Assembly (NCBI GenBank): GCA_937996705.1
Contig: CALKUQ010000041.1
Coordinates: 26,125-90,124, forward strand
Source of the DNA: an uncultured Chlamydiae bacterium
GTDB taxonomy: Bacteria > Chlamydiota > Chlamydiia > Chlamydiales > 2-12-FULL-49-11
Direction: 5' to 3'
DNA: 64,000 nucleotides
The position numbers and the translations under genes were made by a program. Below are positions 33,225 to 43,717 of this stretch, in pieces. Position 1 is the stretch's first letter; every line of letters begins with the position of its first letter. Under the pieces are notes generated by a model that did no database searches, was not told the DNA's origin, and worked only from the letters and a program-made list of their open reading frames with translations.

Positions 33225-34010
33225 CTACTTTTTGGGGGAGAGCTTTTTTCGATTCAAAAATCTTATGAGGGCTAGAGAGAGTGAGACTCCCGTATAGCCC
33301 CATGAAATAACTAGCAGGAGGATGGCTAAATGATAAAAAAGCCCGTAAAACATCGATATCGCCAGAATCGTACCTAAAAATAGATACCGAAACGAAAATG
33401 GTCTTTGAAGATGGATCGCTTTTTGACTAGGGAATCTAATTCGACTCACCATTAAATAGGCTACAATCACTGCAATGCAAGACAAAAGAGTGGTTTGAAC
33501 CATTTCACTTAAAGGCATAATCTCTTGAACTAGAGGAGTATGTATAAATAAATTAGGCGCTACAAGACAAAGCGCTGCAGCGGGAATCGGAAGCCCTATA
33601 AAAACCTTTTTATCATCTGTTTTTATCTGTTTTGCGCGGACATTAAATCTCCCAAGCCTCAGTACACCACACACTGTGAATAACATAGCCGCACCTAATG
33701 CAAAAAAACTAAGAAATGTCCCTTGGTGAAGGGAGAGCGACTTTAACATTAAAACAGCGGGTGCAACTCCAAAAGAAATCGCATCTGCCAAAGAATCAAA
33801 CACAAGCCCAAATTCACTCTCTGCTTTGATAGCTCTTGCCAGCGCCCCATCCAGCACATCTGCAATTGCTGCTAAAATAAGGACTAAAGTCATCTGGTGA
33901 AGAAAGTCGTATGTCCCTATTCCAGTAAGGTTTGCTTTAAAAATAACAAATAAGCCACAAGAAAGGCCAAACGCCGTAACAAAATTTGGAATAAAATTGA
34001 TCTTCTTCAT
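33225..34010 (-). CDS. pssA: CDP-diacylglycerol--serine O-phosphatidyltransferase (CDP-alcohol phosphatidyltransferase family)
   Basis: Exact D-x2-D-G-x2-A-R-x8-G-x3-D-x3-D motif in DVLDGALARAIKAESEFGLVFDSLAD. Multi-TM protein. Confidence 0.9.
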   Translation of the reverse strand: MKKINFIPNFVTAFGLSCGLFVIFKANLTGIGTYDFLHQMTLVLILAAIADVLDGALARAIKAESEFGLVFDSLADAISFGVAPAVLMLKSLSLHQGTFLSFFALGAAMLFTVCGVLRLGRFNVRAKQIKTDDKKVFIGLPIPAAALCLVAPNLFIHTPLVQEIMPLSEMVQTTLLSCIAVIVAYLMVSRIRFPSQKAIHLQRPFSFRYLFLGTILAISMFYGLFYHLAILLLVISWGYTGVSLSLALIRFLNRKKLSPKK

Positions 34011-34113
34011 ACCTCACTTATACACAAGTTACTAAATATACTGAAACAAATTCACCGCTTCAAATAAAATCTAAAAATTTTTCTAAACGCCACCGCGACC
34101 TGCCCCCGCCTCA

Positions 34114-34144
34114 CTTCCATCTCTTAGAGAAGAAGGTTTTTTTT
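34114..34144 (+). terminator. Terminator-like hairpin plus T8 run in a divergent intergenic region
   Basis: CTTCCATCTCTTAGAGAAGAAGG is followed by TTTTTTTT. No upstream + strand gene is annotated. Confidence 0.35.
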
Positions 34145-34209
34145 AGCTACATAATAAACATCTTTCGAAACTCAAAGAAAGAAAATTTTCAGAACATATC
34201 ACACAAGAT

Positions 34210-34231
34210 AAAAAAAGCGCTCACCGGAGCG
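34210..34231 (-). terminator. Terminator-like hairpin plus U7 run on the minus strand
   Basis: The minus strand reads CGCTC-CGGT-GAGCG followed by CTTTTTTT. No upstream minus-strand gene is annotated. Confidence 0.3.
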
Positions 34232-34401
34232 AGAATGGACCCGGTTTAAAATCTGTGGCAGCTCAAAATTTTCTATAAAAATACTCCCCTAAACCAACTT
34301 CTCAATATCAGCCTCAATCATACCCATATTAAAAATCGCGATTGACAAATGAATTATTTCTCTATATTTTTACAAGATCTTTACATTCAAAAAGAGGTTT
34401 T

Positions 34402-34974
34402 ATGCTTGCTATTCATAGTTGTTTCAATCATCTAAAAAAACATTCTGAGCTTTCCGTTTTAACGATTTCAGGCTCTTGTGTGGGATTTTTTTCAGCCTAT
34501 TTAATTGCCCCTCACGCTAAATGCCATGATAGCGGACCAGTTTATCCGATCGTAACGATTGCCCTCGGAGCTCTTGGACTTATTGCAAATTTTTGGCACA
34601 GCAAGACCCGATCAAGCATTCCTTCCAGGACCCTAGAACAACGCGCCCATGATGGAACGCTAATAAGAAGAATTATCACCCCTGATCTTTCCTTAGGACA
34701 ATCTCTTGCCTACCAATGCGCGGGGGCATCTATTGCGGCTGGGACAAACATGATAACAGGCCCCGCATTCTTATGCGCTCTCTCCTCACAAATTTATCCT
34801 ATCGTCTTAATTCCTCTTCAAACACTGAGCATTGGGGGTATCTTTTACGGTTCTCGTCAATTACATTTAACTCAAAGGCAAATTCAAGATACCGACTCTG
34901 TCACAGACACAGAAGCCCCTACCTCCCCAGTTCCTACAACCCCACTCCCCGATTTTAAAGCAATCGCCCCCTAA
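34402..34974 (+). CDS. Membrane protein with two paired hydrophobic segments and a Thr/Pro-rich tail (Inc-like candidate)
   Basis: The ATG at 34402 is preceded by AGAGG; the track's TTG at 34342 is part of a TTGACA box. Hydrophobic pairs: LSVLTISGSCVGFFSAYLIAP...VYPIVTIALGALGLIANFW and AYQCAGASIAAGTNMITGPAFLCAL...IYPIVLIPLQTLSIGGIFYG. Confidence 0.55.
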   Translation: MLAIHSCFNHLKKHSELSVLTISGSCVGFFSAYLIAPHAKCHDSGPVYPIVTIALGALGLIANFWHSKTRSSIPSRTLEQRAHDGTLIRRIITPDLSLGQSLAYQCAGASIAAGTNMITGPAFLCALSSQIYPIVLIPLQTLSIGGIFYGSRQLHLTQRQIQDTDSVTDTEAPTSPVPTTPLPDFKAIAP

Positions 34975-35005
34975 CTAAATATATACTGGTTCCAGTTGAA
35001 ATACC

Positions 35006-35383
35006 CTATTTGCAATCAGATAGCCTTAGATAGAACACTATCTGTGCTTCGTGAATTGGGGAAATCCCTGCTACAGATTTGATTTCAACAATCCCTGGAT
35101 CTTCAATGACCAAATCAGCTGGGTAACCACAATCAAGCATTAGATCTTTATAAAATACCGGTATCGCTTTTTGGCTTTCTACTTTTAGTTTTCGAAGAGG
35201 TAACTCATAAATTAAACAAGATTCATATGCAGATTCCAAAAGTCCGGGCCCAAGAATTCGATGTACATCTATGGCTGCTCCAATGATGTTTCCTATAATC
35301 TTATTTTCTTTCTCTCCGCGTGCTCTAGCGAACCGTGTTCGCGGGTGGTAGAAAAATTCATGCATAACATTATGCACTATCAA
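35006..35383 (-). CDS. GxxExxY family protein (PD-(D/E)XK nuclease superfamily)
   Basis: IIGAAIDVHRILGPGLLESAYESCLIYEL carries the GxxExxY signature. ...ADLVIEDPGIVEIKSV... is the D/E-x-K core. Confidence 0.8.
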   Translation of the reverse strand: MIVHNVMHEFFYHPRTRFARARGEKENKIIGNIIGAAIDVHRILGPGLLESAYESCLIYELPLRKLKVESQKAIPVFYKDLMLDCGYPADLVIEDPGIVEIKSVAGISPIHEAQIVFYLRLSDCK

Positions 35384-35489
35384 GGGTGTTTTTTATCAAA
35401 TCGATTCTTCAATCGTTTTCTGTATTTCTCTCCTTATAATTTTGAATTTCATGTATTGTTTAAGTGAAGATAATAAATAATAATTAATT

Positions 35490-37142
35490 ATGAAAAATTC
35501 ACTAAAAATTCTAAGACCAAAAGCTAATGCTCTTGTCAATCTTTCTACATTTCTTGAATACCCAGACATCGATAAAAATCAAATGCTTGGCGAAGCGCTC
35601 TCAAACTTGATGGAGACGGAGTCATTTCCCCCTCCTGTCCAAAAATTTCTAGAAATACCTAGATTTAAAGATCTTGTAGAAAGACTGAAAGAGGGAGCCC
35701 TAGATGGAAACTCTTTACTTTCTACAGAAATCCACGCCCTTCAATTGCTTTTAGAGTCCTTTCATAATCTTGTCCACCTCGACTATGAGTTTGAGCAAAT
35801 TGAACACCCTGTAGTTCAGGCTAAAGTACTTGAGCAAAATATTCAAGATTACCTCTCCTGTATTTCCCTTTTTATCCCGTATGAAGGAAGGCTTATTAAT
35901 GAAATTATCTCTGATCTTTTTGGCTCTGTTCATTTTTTTACAAGTACCCTTAAAACCACTATTTTGGAAAACGCTACTTTTTTTAATAAAAAACTGATCG
36001 CTTTTATGGACTCTCCCATCATCTCCCTTCTATTACATTTAGATAGATCCAATTATCATGATTTTGCGATGTCGAATTGGTATCCTGTTGCAATTGAGTT
36101 AAATATTGATGCCAAGCTTGAAATGAAAAAAAACGAACTGGCAGCTCTTGCCAAAGGAAATGCTCATAAAATTTTAAACCAAATCCAAACTGTCTTAGGA
36201 GACATGAGCCAGACCTATCTGAGAACCCCTCCTGCAGAAATCGCAAGCTCTGTAAAACAAATCATTCTCCATGAGTTATCAAACGTTGATAAACTGTCTG
36301 GGCAAAAAGTAAATGAACTCTTTTATCTTGAATTTTGGAAAGAGTTCTACGCTATCCAACTAATTCGTGAAAAAGGATTTATATCGAAGCTAAACACTCT
36401 TATGGACCATCTTCTCCCCTTAAAAATGAGCCTGTATCAACTAATTAATTCTTATGGATTAGTCCTCCCTTTAGAATTTACAACTTATTTAAAAGGGTTA
36501 TCTCGACCGCTAGAGTTTATTCTATTTCCTTTAGGAAAACCAAATTTAATCGGCGCGGAATTAGCTATCGGATTCTACACCACTCAAATTGAATATCTCA
36601 ATGAAATGCTAAGTTCTCCCGATCATAAAAAAATCCCTGAAAGCTCCTATGAACGTCTCTTTTCGCTCACACCGTTAGTCATTTCCTTTTTAGAGACCTA
36701 CCAAGCAGCAAGCCCTCTGACTTCTTTTCACACACTCAAAGAGACTTTTGAAACCTTATTTTCTGGCTCTGAAGCTTTTGTAGAATACACACAAGAGGAA
36801 ATCACCAAAAAAATCGAAGACAGATTTAACCAATTTATCCCTCTTGACCCTCAACCCCTTCTACTTCTCGAAGCTTCTCTTAATAAAATCACCTCTGAAC
36901 TGCACCTTATTCTAAAAGAGATAGACTCTATCACGATTGAACACAGTGTGTTGAAAGAAAAGCTTTTTTCTTTAGAAAGAATTGATCTCCCCTCATACTC
37001 TCAAAGCTGGCACACCTTTGGGGAAATCCTTGGAGTCCTAATTATCTTCACCTCTCAGCACAACCCTAATTTTTTAGCTAATTTTGAACCCAATTTGAAA
37101 AACTTGTTTTCCCCAGTATTTTTCCATGCTGTTTTCGAGTAG
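35490..37142 (+). CDS. Hypothetical protein (550 aa, helical, A+T-rich gene)
   Basis: Long uninterrupted ORF. No motif recognised. Confidence 0.5.
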   Translation: MKNSLKILRPKANALVNLSTFLEYPDIDKNQMLGEALSNLMETESFPPPVQKFLEIPRFKDLVERLKEGALDGNSLLSTEIHALQLLLESFHNLVHLDYEFEQIEHPVVQAKVLEQNIQDYLSCISLFIPYEGRLINEIISDLFGSVHFFTSTLKTTILENATFFNKKLIAFMDSPIISLLLHLDRSNYHDFAMSNWYPVAIELNIDAKLEMKKNELAALAKGNAHKILNQIQTVLGDMSQTYLRTPPAEIASSVKQIILHELSNVDKLSGQKVNELFYLEFWKEFYAIQLIREKGFISKLNTLMDHLLPLKMSLYQLINSYGLVLPLEFTTYLKGLSRPLEFILFPLGKPNLIGAELAIGFYTTQIEYLNEMLSSPDHKKIPESSYERLFSLTPLVISFLETYQAASPLTSFHTLKETFETLFSGSEAFVEYTQEEITKKIEDRFNQFIPLDPQPLLLLEASLNKITSELHLILKEIDSITIEHSVLKEKLFSLERIDLPSYSQSWHTFGEILGVLIIFTSQHNPNFLANFEPNLKNLFSPVFFHAVFE

Positions 37143-37234
37143 TTTTTTAATAAAATCGTTCAGAAACGCCCTGTTAAATCTAAATCGCTACTTATTTGCT
37201 CGGCACTAAGGGCGTATAAGTAGCAGACCAGCTT

Positions 37235-38683
37235 TTAAAGACCATATCGAGTAACAAGGGCACTAATTCTCTGAATTAGGGTTCGTTTCTCGATTTCTAA
37301 TTTAGTCATCACCCTTTGCGTCGCCCGTTTCACCATTTCGGCAACAATCAATTCGCTCATTTCAGGGGATCCTTTTGCAGCTTCTCGTGTTAGAGGGTCT
37401 ATTTCCAATTCTGGATTAGAAAGGCTTAAAAAATATTGAACGATAGTAAAAAACCTATTCTGAACGGCTAAAGTCAATGGAGAAACTCCAGAACTGTCCT
37501 TAATAGTTAGATCAGCTCCCCTTTCTATTAAAAACTGAGCGCATTCGAGCTTATTTTTTTCAAATTCACGCATTCTATTTTCGTACTCTTCTTGACTCTC
37601 CTCTTCTTTCTTGTCATATTCAGCTGGTCTTGCGCTTACAAAGATAATGGGAGTGCATCCAAAGTCATCTCCTTGATTAACAGAAATCCTTGAAGAGACT
37701 AAAGGATACATTTTTTTAAGAGCATCTACATGCCCATATTTTGTAAGATTACAGAGAATACTACGGCCATCACTATCTACAAATTCACAATATTGAATAT
37801 ACTTTTTTAGGTTATCTAGATCCCCTCTTCGAGCAGCTCCTCCTAAGTAATCTCCTATAGGAACAGTTTCTGTACGCCCCCCTTCCATCTTCTCTTGTAA
37901 TGTAATTACAGGTCCTGACCAGGTCACTGAAGCATATTCAAACTTTTTGCACAATTTTTTAGATTGGACTTCCTTTAAGTATCTAACAATTTTTTCAAAA
38001 CCAGCTTCTTCAGCATACTGAAGGGCAGTTTTACCCTCGAAACTTATTTTTTCTACATCAGCACAATTTTCTATAAGCAATTTAACTACGCTGGGTCTAT
38101 CCTGATCTCTAGTTATACCTTCCCACTTCGTACAAGCATACATTAAAGCTGTCAACCTTCCAACTCTTACCAGTTTATCTACACCTTCTCTACCAACTCC
38201 AACTTGAATAGCCCACGTTAACACCGTTTTTTTTCTATGTTTTGCCGCAAGCTGTAAAATATTTAGACCGCTACTATCTATCTGATGAATGTTTCCACCA
38301 GCCGCTTTAAATCGACTCAATCCTCTTATATCATCTGCAGTAGCAAGAGCGTATAACCTAGTCACAGACAGATCAAGCACAACCCCTGAGCCCGCAGAAG
38401 CACCACCCGCAGAAACCTCTTCAAAAGAAGTTGGCTCTACTCTTGAATCTAGAGGATCTATTTTCAATTCTTCTTTTATTTGACTAAAAAGATGGTGTAA
38501 ATCAGGCCCTAACACCTCTTCAAGTGGAGATAATTCCGCTCTCTCTCCTGTTTGACCTAAAACTCTATCTGAAATTTTTTGAACAAGGGCATGTAACTTT
38601 TGATTGACTTGCACCCCCTCTTTAATCCTTTCCAGATCGGGTTGAGTTACCAATCTTGCTGCAGATCCTACTAAATCCATCAT
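37235..38683 (-). CDS. Ankyrin-repeat protein (eukaryote-like; candidate effector)
   Basis: Several ANK units: SGLNILQLAAKHRKKTVLTWAIQVG, LTALMYAC, GKTALQYAEEAGFEKIVRYL, GRSILCNLTKYGHVDALKKM, LIERGADLTIKDSSGVSPLTLAVQNRFFTIVQYFL. Confidence 0.85.
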   Translation of the reverse strand: MMDLVGSAARLVTQPDLERIKEGVQVNQKLHALVQKISDRVLGQTGERAELSPLEEVLGPDLHHLFSQIKEELKIDPLDSRVEPTSFEEVSAGGASAGSGVVLDLSVTRLYALATADDIRGLSRFKAAGGNIHQIDSSGLNILQLAAKHRKKTVLTWAIQVGVGREGVDKLVRVGRLTALMYACTKWEGITRDQDRPSVVKLLIENCADVEKISFEGKTALQYAEEAGFEKIVRYLKEVQSKKLCKKFEYASVTWSGPVITLQEKMEGGRTETVPIGDYLGGAARRGDLDNLKKYIQYCEFVDSDGRSILCNLTKYGHVDALKKMYPLVSSRISVNQGDDFGCTPIIFVSARPAEYDKKEEESQEEYENRMREFEKNKLECAQFLIERGADLTIKDSSGVSPLTLAVQNRFFTIVQYFLSLSNPELEIDPLTREAAKGSPEMSELIVAEMVKRATQRVMTKLEIEKRTLIQRISALVTRYGL

Positions 38684-38893
38684 TAAAGCACCTTTGTTTA
38701 AAAACAGTTAAATTATTATAAGACAAAAACATAATACTGACAATTTCTAAATTATTCTTAAATAAGTGAATTTCAAAAGAAATCTACATACACAAGATTA
38801 AAAAATTTTGTTTGCAACTTTTTTTTGAGAGATTTTTCCAGTTTTTTAGGCTCTTAAATCTCGGGGATAAAGACTGGGGTGTGTTGGACATTT

Positions 38894-38922
38894 TTCTCTT
38901 TTTTCTCAAGGAAAAAAGAGAA
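38894..38922 (+). other. Perfect 11-bp A/T-rich hairpin followed by T6, upstream of the nrdA promoter
   Basis: TTCTCTTTTTT-CTCAAGG-AAAAAAGAGAA, then TTTTTTC. Confidence 0.5.
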
Positions 38923-38944
38923 TTTTTTCTTATAGACTTTTTGG

Positions 38945-38998
38945 TTGCAAATACAATATGTAGTGTCATAATATAGAAAACAACACAACATATAGTAT
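38945..38998 (+). promoter_or_regulatory. nrdAB promoter with two NrdR boxes
   Basis: TTGCAA (38945-50), 16 nt, then CATAAT (38967-72). Box 1 is ATACAATATGTAGTGT (38951-66) and box 2 is ACACAACATATAGTAT (38983-98). Each matches the published consensus acaCwAtATaTwgtgt at 14 of 16 positions. The box starts are 32 bp apart. Confidence 0.65.
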
Positions 38999-39018
38999 TT
39001 TTGAGAGGAGTTTCTAGA

Positions 39019-42000
39019 ATGAAAAATAATCCAAATGAAGCAATTGCGACAGAGTTACTTGACGCTGGAGTTATTGAGCAAACTGCTATAAAACTGACGT
39101 TAGTTAAAAGAAATGGAACGATTGCAGCATTTGATAAAATGCGCATCAGAAAAGCCATCGAACTTGCATTCCGTGACACAAAAAAAGTTCCCCTACCGAC
39201 ACCTCTTTCCAATGCACTTTCTCAAACCATTGACAGACTCTCTACTTTAGTTATTGATAGAGCCATAGAACTTGGTGCAAAGGGGGTCTCATTAACGGTT
39301 GAAGGAATTCAAGATATTGTTGAAATTACTTTAATGAAGAATAATTACCACGACGTTGCAAGAGACTATATTATCTATCGCGATCAACATAAAGCTGCAA
39401 GAGATTCTCACCCCTCAAACATTCGCATTTTTAGAAATGATGGGAGCACCAAGGTTCGATTTAATCCAATGAAGGTCTCTTCTACCTTTGAAAAAACCTT
39501 TAGAGAGATCGCAAAAATTCCTGATGGCCCCCTCCCTGCTAATGTGATCTCCTCAATCAATACCCTTACAGAAGAGGTAATCTCACGAGTTGTCGATGCA
39601 CACCAACAGTCTAAAACACTCTCCTTAAAACACCTACAAGACCTTTTTGAAGAAATTCTAATGAAAAATCATTTTTTCCAAGAGGCTAAGTTTTTTATTT
39701 TAACACGCAAACAATCGGATGAACGTGAAAGTGTTGCTTTTGTAAAACATAGCGGAACTCGATTAGTTTCCGTTGTTTCTGAAGAGGGAACCACTGAGTC
39801 TCTCTCTGAAGCAGAGATCAAAAAAAGGCTCTCTTATGCGTGTAGGAATCTAACTGGAATCTCCGAAGAAGATCTCTTAGAAGCGACGCTCATGAATTTT
39901 TATGACGGAATTAAAGAGGCTGAAGTTGATACGGCGATGATCATGGCTGCAAGGTCTTTAGTAGAAGTCGATCCGGCTTACTCTTTTGTAACCGCAAGAC
40001 TGCTTTTAGACAAACTCTATCGAGAGGCGCTTGATGTATCGGCTCTAGATTCCTCCCTTGAAAAAACCCACAGATCTTATTTTATCTCCTATATTAAAAA
40101 AGGGATTTCTCTAGAAAGACTCTCTCCAGAACTTCTTGATTTTGATCTAGAAACACTAAGTAAGGCTCTGGATTTATCAAGAGACGACAAGTTCCAATAC
40201 CTTGGCTTGCAAACTCTTTACGACAGATACTTCATACACGATAAAGAGAGAAGACTTGAAACTCCGCAGATTTTCTGGATGCGTGTTGCTATGGGACTTT
40301 GTCTTAAAGAGGAAAATAAAACGGAAAGAGTCATTGAATTCTACAACCTCCTCTCTCAATTTTCCTATACGCCAGGGACACCCACCCTCTTTAACTCAGG
40401 GACAATGCACTCTCAACTCAGTTCTTGCTATCTCTCAACTGTAAAAGATGACCTTGGTCATATTTTTAAAGTAATTGCAGACGATGCTCAGCTCTCTAAA
40501 TGGGCAGGGGGTCTTGGCAATGACTGGACGTCTGTACGAGCCACAGGATCTTTAATCAAAGGGACAAACGGGAGATCTCAAGGGGTTATCCCCTTCCTTA
40601 AAGTTGCAAATGACACCGCTGTGGCTGTCAATCAGGGAGGGAAACGAAAAGGGGCTTTATGCTCTTATTTAGAGACTTGGCACCTTGACATCGAAGATTT
40701 CTTAGAGCTTAGAAAAAACACCGGTGATGAAAGACGCAGAACTCATGATATGAACACTGCAAACTGGATTCCCGACCTGTTTATGAAAAGAGTCGAACAA
40801 AACGGGATGTGGACTCTATTTACACCCAGTGAAACTCCCGACTTGCACGATCTTTATGGCGCTGCATTTGAAAAGCGTTATCTAGAATACGAACAAATGG
40901 TTGCTGAGGGAAAACCGATTCTTCATAAGAGAGTTGAAGCTGTCCCTCTCTGGCGCAAAATGATCAGCATGCTCTTTGAAACAGGCCACCCATGGATGAC
41001 CTTCAAAGATCCTTCCAACATCAGATCTCCTCAAGATCACGCAGGGGTAGTGCATAGTTCCAACTTGTGCACAGAGATTTTACTCAATACTTCGAAAGAG
41101 GAAGTTGCTGTATGCAACATTGGTTCTGTCAATTTAGTGGAACATTTTGATGGCAATACCCTTGATGAAATCAAGCTTGCTAAAACAGTTCGTTCCGCAA
41201 TTCGTATGCTTGACAACGTAATTGATGTAAACTTTTACCCGATTCCTGAAGCAGAAGCGGCTAATAAACGTCACAGGGCGATTGGAATCGGTCTAATGGG
41301 ATTCCAAGACATCCTCTATATGAAAGGGATTAGCTACTCAAGTCATGAAGCAATTGAGCTTGCAGACAAGACAATGGAGATGATCTCTTATTACGCTATT
41401 TTGGCCTCTTCTGAACTTGCAAAAGAGAGGGGAACTTATGCCTCTTATGAAGGTTCTAAATGGTCAAGAGGTCTTCTACCGATAGACACGATCGATCTTT
41501 TAGAAAAAGAGCGGGGCGTTCCTGTTGAAATGGATAGATCTTCTACCATGAACTGGTCTATTGTTCGTGAGCATGTGAAAAAGCATGGCATGAGAAACTG
41601 CAATACGATGGCGATTGCCCCAACGGCAACCATTGCTAATATTATTGGAGTCACCTCATCCATTGAGCCCACTTACAAAAACTTATTTGTAAAATCAAAT
41701 CTGTCAGGTGAATTTACAGTTCCAAATAACTACCTCATTCAAAAATTAAAGGAGTTAAATCTTTGGACTCCCGATATGCTCGACGATTTGAAATATTACG
41801 ACGGCTCTCTGAACGAAATTGAAGGGGTGCCAAAGCACATTAAAGATCTTTTTGTCACTGCGTTTGAAATTGATCCTGAATGGATCTTAGAGTGCGGCTC
41901 TAGAAGACAAAAGTGGATCGATATGGGGCAGTCATTAAACCTTTATCTAGCAGAGCCTAGCGGTAAAAAACTTCATGACATGTACATGAAGGCTTGGAGA

Positions 42001-42201
42001 AAAGGGTTGAAGACCACCTATTATTTAAGAACGCTTAGCGCTACACAAATTGAAAAATCGACAACCGATATTAATAAGCGAAGCATACAGCCAAGATGGA
42101 TGAAGAACGCTTCAGCCTCTAGCAAAATACAAATTAACAGAGAACCTGCAAAGCCTAAAGCATGTAATTTAGCTGATGGGTCTTGCGAAAGTTGCCAATA
42201 A
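39019..42201 (+). CDS. nrdA: Ribonucleoside-diphosphate reductase alpha subunit with additional N-terminal ATP-cone modules
   Basis: GAGAGGAG precedes the ATG at 39019. Two clear ATP-cone-like modules ([19 protein letters not shown]...; [19 protein letters not shown]...) precede the canonical N-domain. Catalytic region SSCYLS, NLCTEI. C-terminal CESCQ. Confidence 0.95.
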   Translation: MKNNPNEAIATELLDAGVIEQTAIKLTLVKRNGTIAAFDKMRIRKAIELAFRDTKKVPLPTPLSNALSQTIDRLSTLVIDRAIELGAKGVSLTVEGIQDIVEITLMKNNYHDVARDYIIYRDQHKAARDSHPSNIRIFRNDGSTKVRFNPMKVSSTFEKTFREIAKIPDGPLPANVISSINTLTEEVISRVVDAHQQSKTLSLKHLQDLFEEILMKNHFFQEAKFFILTRKQSDERESVAFVKHSGTRLVSVVSEEGTTESLSEAEIKKRLSYACRNLTGISEEDLLEATLMNFYDGIKEAEVDTAMIMAARSLVEVDPAYSFVTARLLLDKLYREALDVSALDSSLEKTHRSYFISYIKKGISLERLSPELLDFDLETLSKALDLSRDDKFQYLGLQTLYDRYFIHDKERRLETPQIFWMRVAMGLCLKEENKTERVIEFYNLLSQFSYTPGTPTLFNSGTMHSQLSSCYLSTVKDDLGHIFKVIADDAQLSKWAGGLGNDWTSVRATGSLIKGTNGRSQGVIPFLKVANDTAVAVNQGGKRKGALCSYLETWHLDIEDFLELRKNTGDERRRTHDMNTANWIPDLFMKRVEQNGMWTLFTPSETPDLHDLYGAAFEKRYLEYEQMVAEGKPILHKRVEAVPLWRKMISMLFETGHPWMTFKDPSNIRSPQDHAGVVHSSNLCTEILLNTSKEEVAVCNIGSVNLVEHFDGNTLDEIKLAKTVRSAIRMLDNVIDVNFYPIPEAEAANKRHRAIGIGLMGFQDILYMKGISYSSHEAIELADKTMEMISYYAILASSELAKERGTYASYEGSKWSRGLLPIDTIDLLEKERGVPVEMDRSSTMNWSIVREHVKKHGMRNCNTMAIAPTATIANIIGVTSSIEPTYKNLFVKSNLSGEFTVPNNYLIQKLKELNLWTPDMLDDLKYYDGSLNEIEGVPKHIKDLFVTAFEIDPEWILECGSRRQKWIDMGQSLNLYLAEPSGKKLHDMYMKAWRKGLKTTYYLRTLSATQIEKSTTDINKRSIQPRWMKNASASSKIQINREPAKPKACNLADGSCESCQ

Positions 42202-42217
42202 AAAGGGTAGGGAAAAT

Positions 42218-43264
42218 ATGACAACAGTTGTAGAAGAAGAAAAAGCAAAAGAAAAAAGAGTCAAAGTTCAAGAGAAGCGGCTCATTAATTGCACAAAAGT
42301 CGATGTCAATCAACTCATGCCCTTAAAATACAAATGGGCATGGGAGCATTATCTTAATGGTTGCGCAAACCATTGGATGCCAACAGAAGTTCCTATGGCT
42401 AAAGATATTGAGCTTTGGAAATCTAATGGTCTCTCCGATGCAGAAAGACTTGTCATCATGAGAAATCTTGGATTCTTTGCAACCGCAGAGAGTTTGGTTG
42501 GCAATAATATCGTCCTTGCGATCTTCAAGCACATAACGAATCCAGAAGCACGACAATACCTCCTAAGACAAGGGTTTGAAGAGGCCATCCACACGCATAC
42601 ATTCCACTACATCGTTGAGTCACTTGCCCTTGATCCGGGTGAAGTCTTCAACATGTACAACGAAATTGATGTGATCCATGAAAAAGATCAGTTTCAAATG
42701 GATCTAACCAAGTATGTGTTAGAAGAGGGATTTACAACAGAGACGTTCGAAGGGGCTCAAAAATTCCTGGAAAATCTGATAGGATACTACATCATTATGG
42801 AAGGAATCTTCTTCTATAGTGGATTTGCAATGATTTTATCTCTCCAACGCCAAAATAAAATGGTGGGAATTGGAGAACAGTTCCAATACATTCTTCGAGA
42901 CGAAACGATCCACCTCAATTTTGGTATCGACCTGATCAATACTATTAAAGAGGAAAATCCGGAGCTCTGGACTGCTGAATTCCAAGATCACATTTATGAT
43001 CTTATTGACAGGGCTACCAAGCTCGAATATGCTTATGCAAAGTCTTGTCTACCAAAAGGGATACTCGGTCTAACAGCCCCAATGTTTGAAGACTACGTCG
43101 GCTATATTGCTGATAGACGTCTTGAGCGTATTGGGCTTCAGGCACGTTATAACAAAAAAAATCCGTTCCCCTGGATGAGTGAAGTGATTGACCTCGGAAA
43201 AGAGAAAAACTTCTTTGAAACCCGAGTTAACGAGTACCAATCTTCTTCTAACTTAACCTGGTAG
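42218..43264 (+). CDS. nrdB: Ribonucleoside-diphosphate reductase beta subunit, class Ic (R2c) type
   Basis: Metal ligands are in [17 protein letters not shown] and RDETIHLNF. Phe (codon 42602-42604, F129) occupies the position of the radical Tyr, and Glu replaces the first Asp ligand. Confidence 0.93.
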   Translation: MTTVVEEEKAKEKRVKVQEKRLINCTKVDVNQLMPLKYKWAWEHYLNGCANHWMPTEVPMAKDIELWKSNGLSDAERLVIMRNLGFFATAESLVGNNIVLAIFKHITNPEARQYLLRQGFEEAIHTHTFHYIVESLALDPGEVFNMYNEIDVIHEKDQFQMDLTKYVLEEGFTTETFEGAQKFLENLIGYYIIMEGIFFYSGFAMILSLQRQNKMVGIGEQFQYILRDETIHLNFGIDLINTIKEENPELWTAEFQDHIYDLIDRATKLEYAYAKSCLPKGILGLTAPMFEDYVGYIADRRLERIGLQARYNKKNPFPWMSEVIDLGKEKNFFETRVNEYQSSSNLTW

Positions 43265-43354
43265 AAATAAGTCCCTTGGAAAAAGCGTCTCATCCACGCT
43301 TTTTCCAAAAATAAAATGCGGGACAGTGAAATCAGAAATCCTTATACTATCTGT

Positions 43355-43708
43355 ATGGAAAAAAACCCAAATTGTCCAAAATGCAGCTCTGAATTTGTTT
43401 ACGAAGATGGAGCCAACTATGTTTGTCCAGAATGCTCACATGAATGGGCAAAAACACCCGAATCCATCGATGAGATTGAATCCTCAAGCGTCGTAAAAGA
43501 TGCTCACGGCAATGAGCTAAAAGATGGGGATAGCGTAACTATCATTAAAGACATTAAGGTAAAAGGGACCTCCTCCTCGATTAAAATAGGGGTAAAGGTG
43601 AAAGGGATTCGATTAGTTCCGGAAGTTAATGGTCACAACATCGATGCCAAAATTCCCGGAATCGGCTCAATCCTGCTGAAATCAGAATTTGTCAAAAAAT
43701 GCACATAG
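43355..43708 (+). CDS. PhnA/YjdM-family zinc-ribbon protein
   Basis: [25 protein letters not shown] zinc ribbon, plus a C-terminal [25 protein letters not shown]...LKSEFVKK domain. The ATG at 43355 is preferred. Confidence 0.85.
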   Translation: MEKNPNCPKCSSEFVYEDGANYVCPECSHEWAKTPESIDEIESSSVVKDAHGNELKDGDSVTIIKDIKVKGTSSSIKIGVKVKGIRLVPEVNGHNIDAKIPGIGSILLKSEFVKKCT

Positions 43709-43717
43709 CCTGTAGCA

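Noticed and set aside
38784-39212. 142-codon minus-strand ORF upstream of and overlapping nrdA
   Set aside because: It spans the nrdA promoter, the NrdR boxes and the nrdA 5' end. No motifs. It is probably spurious.
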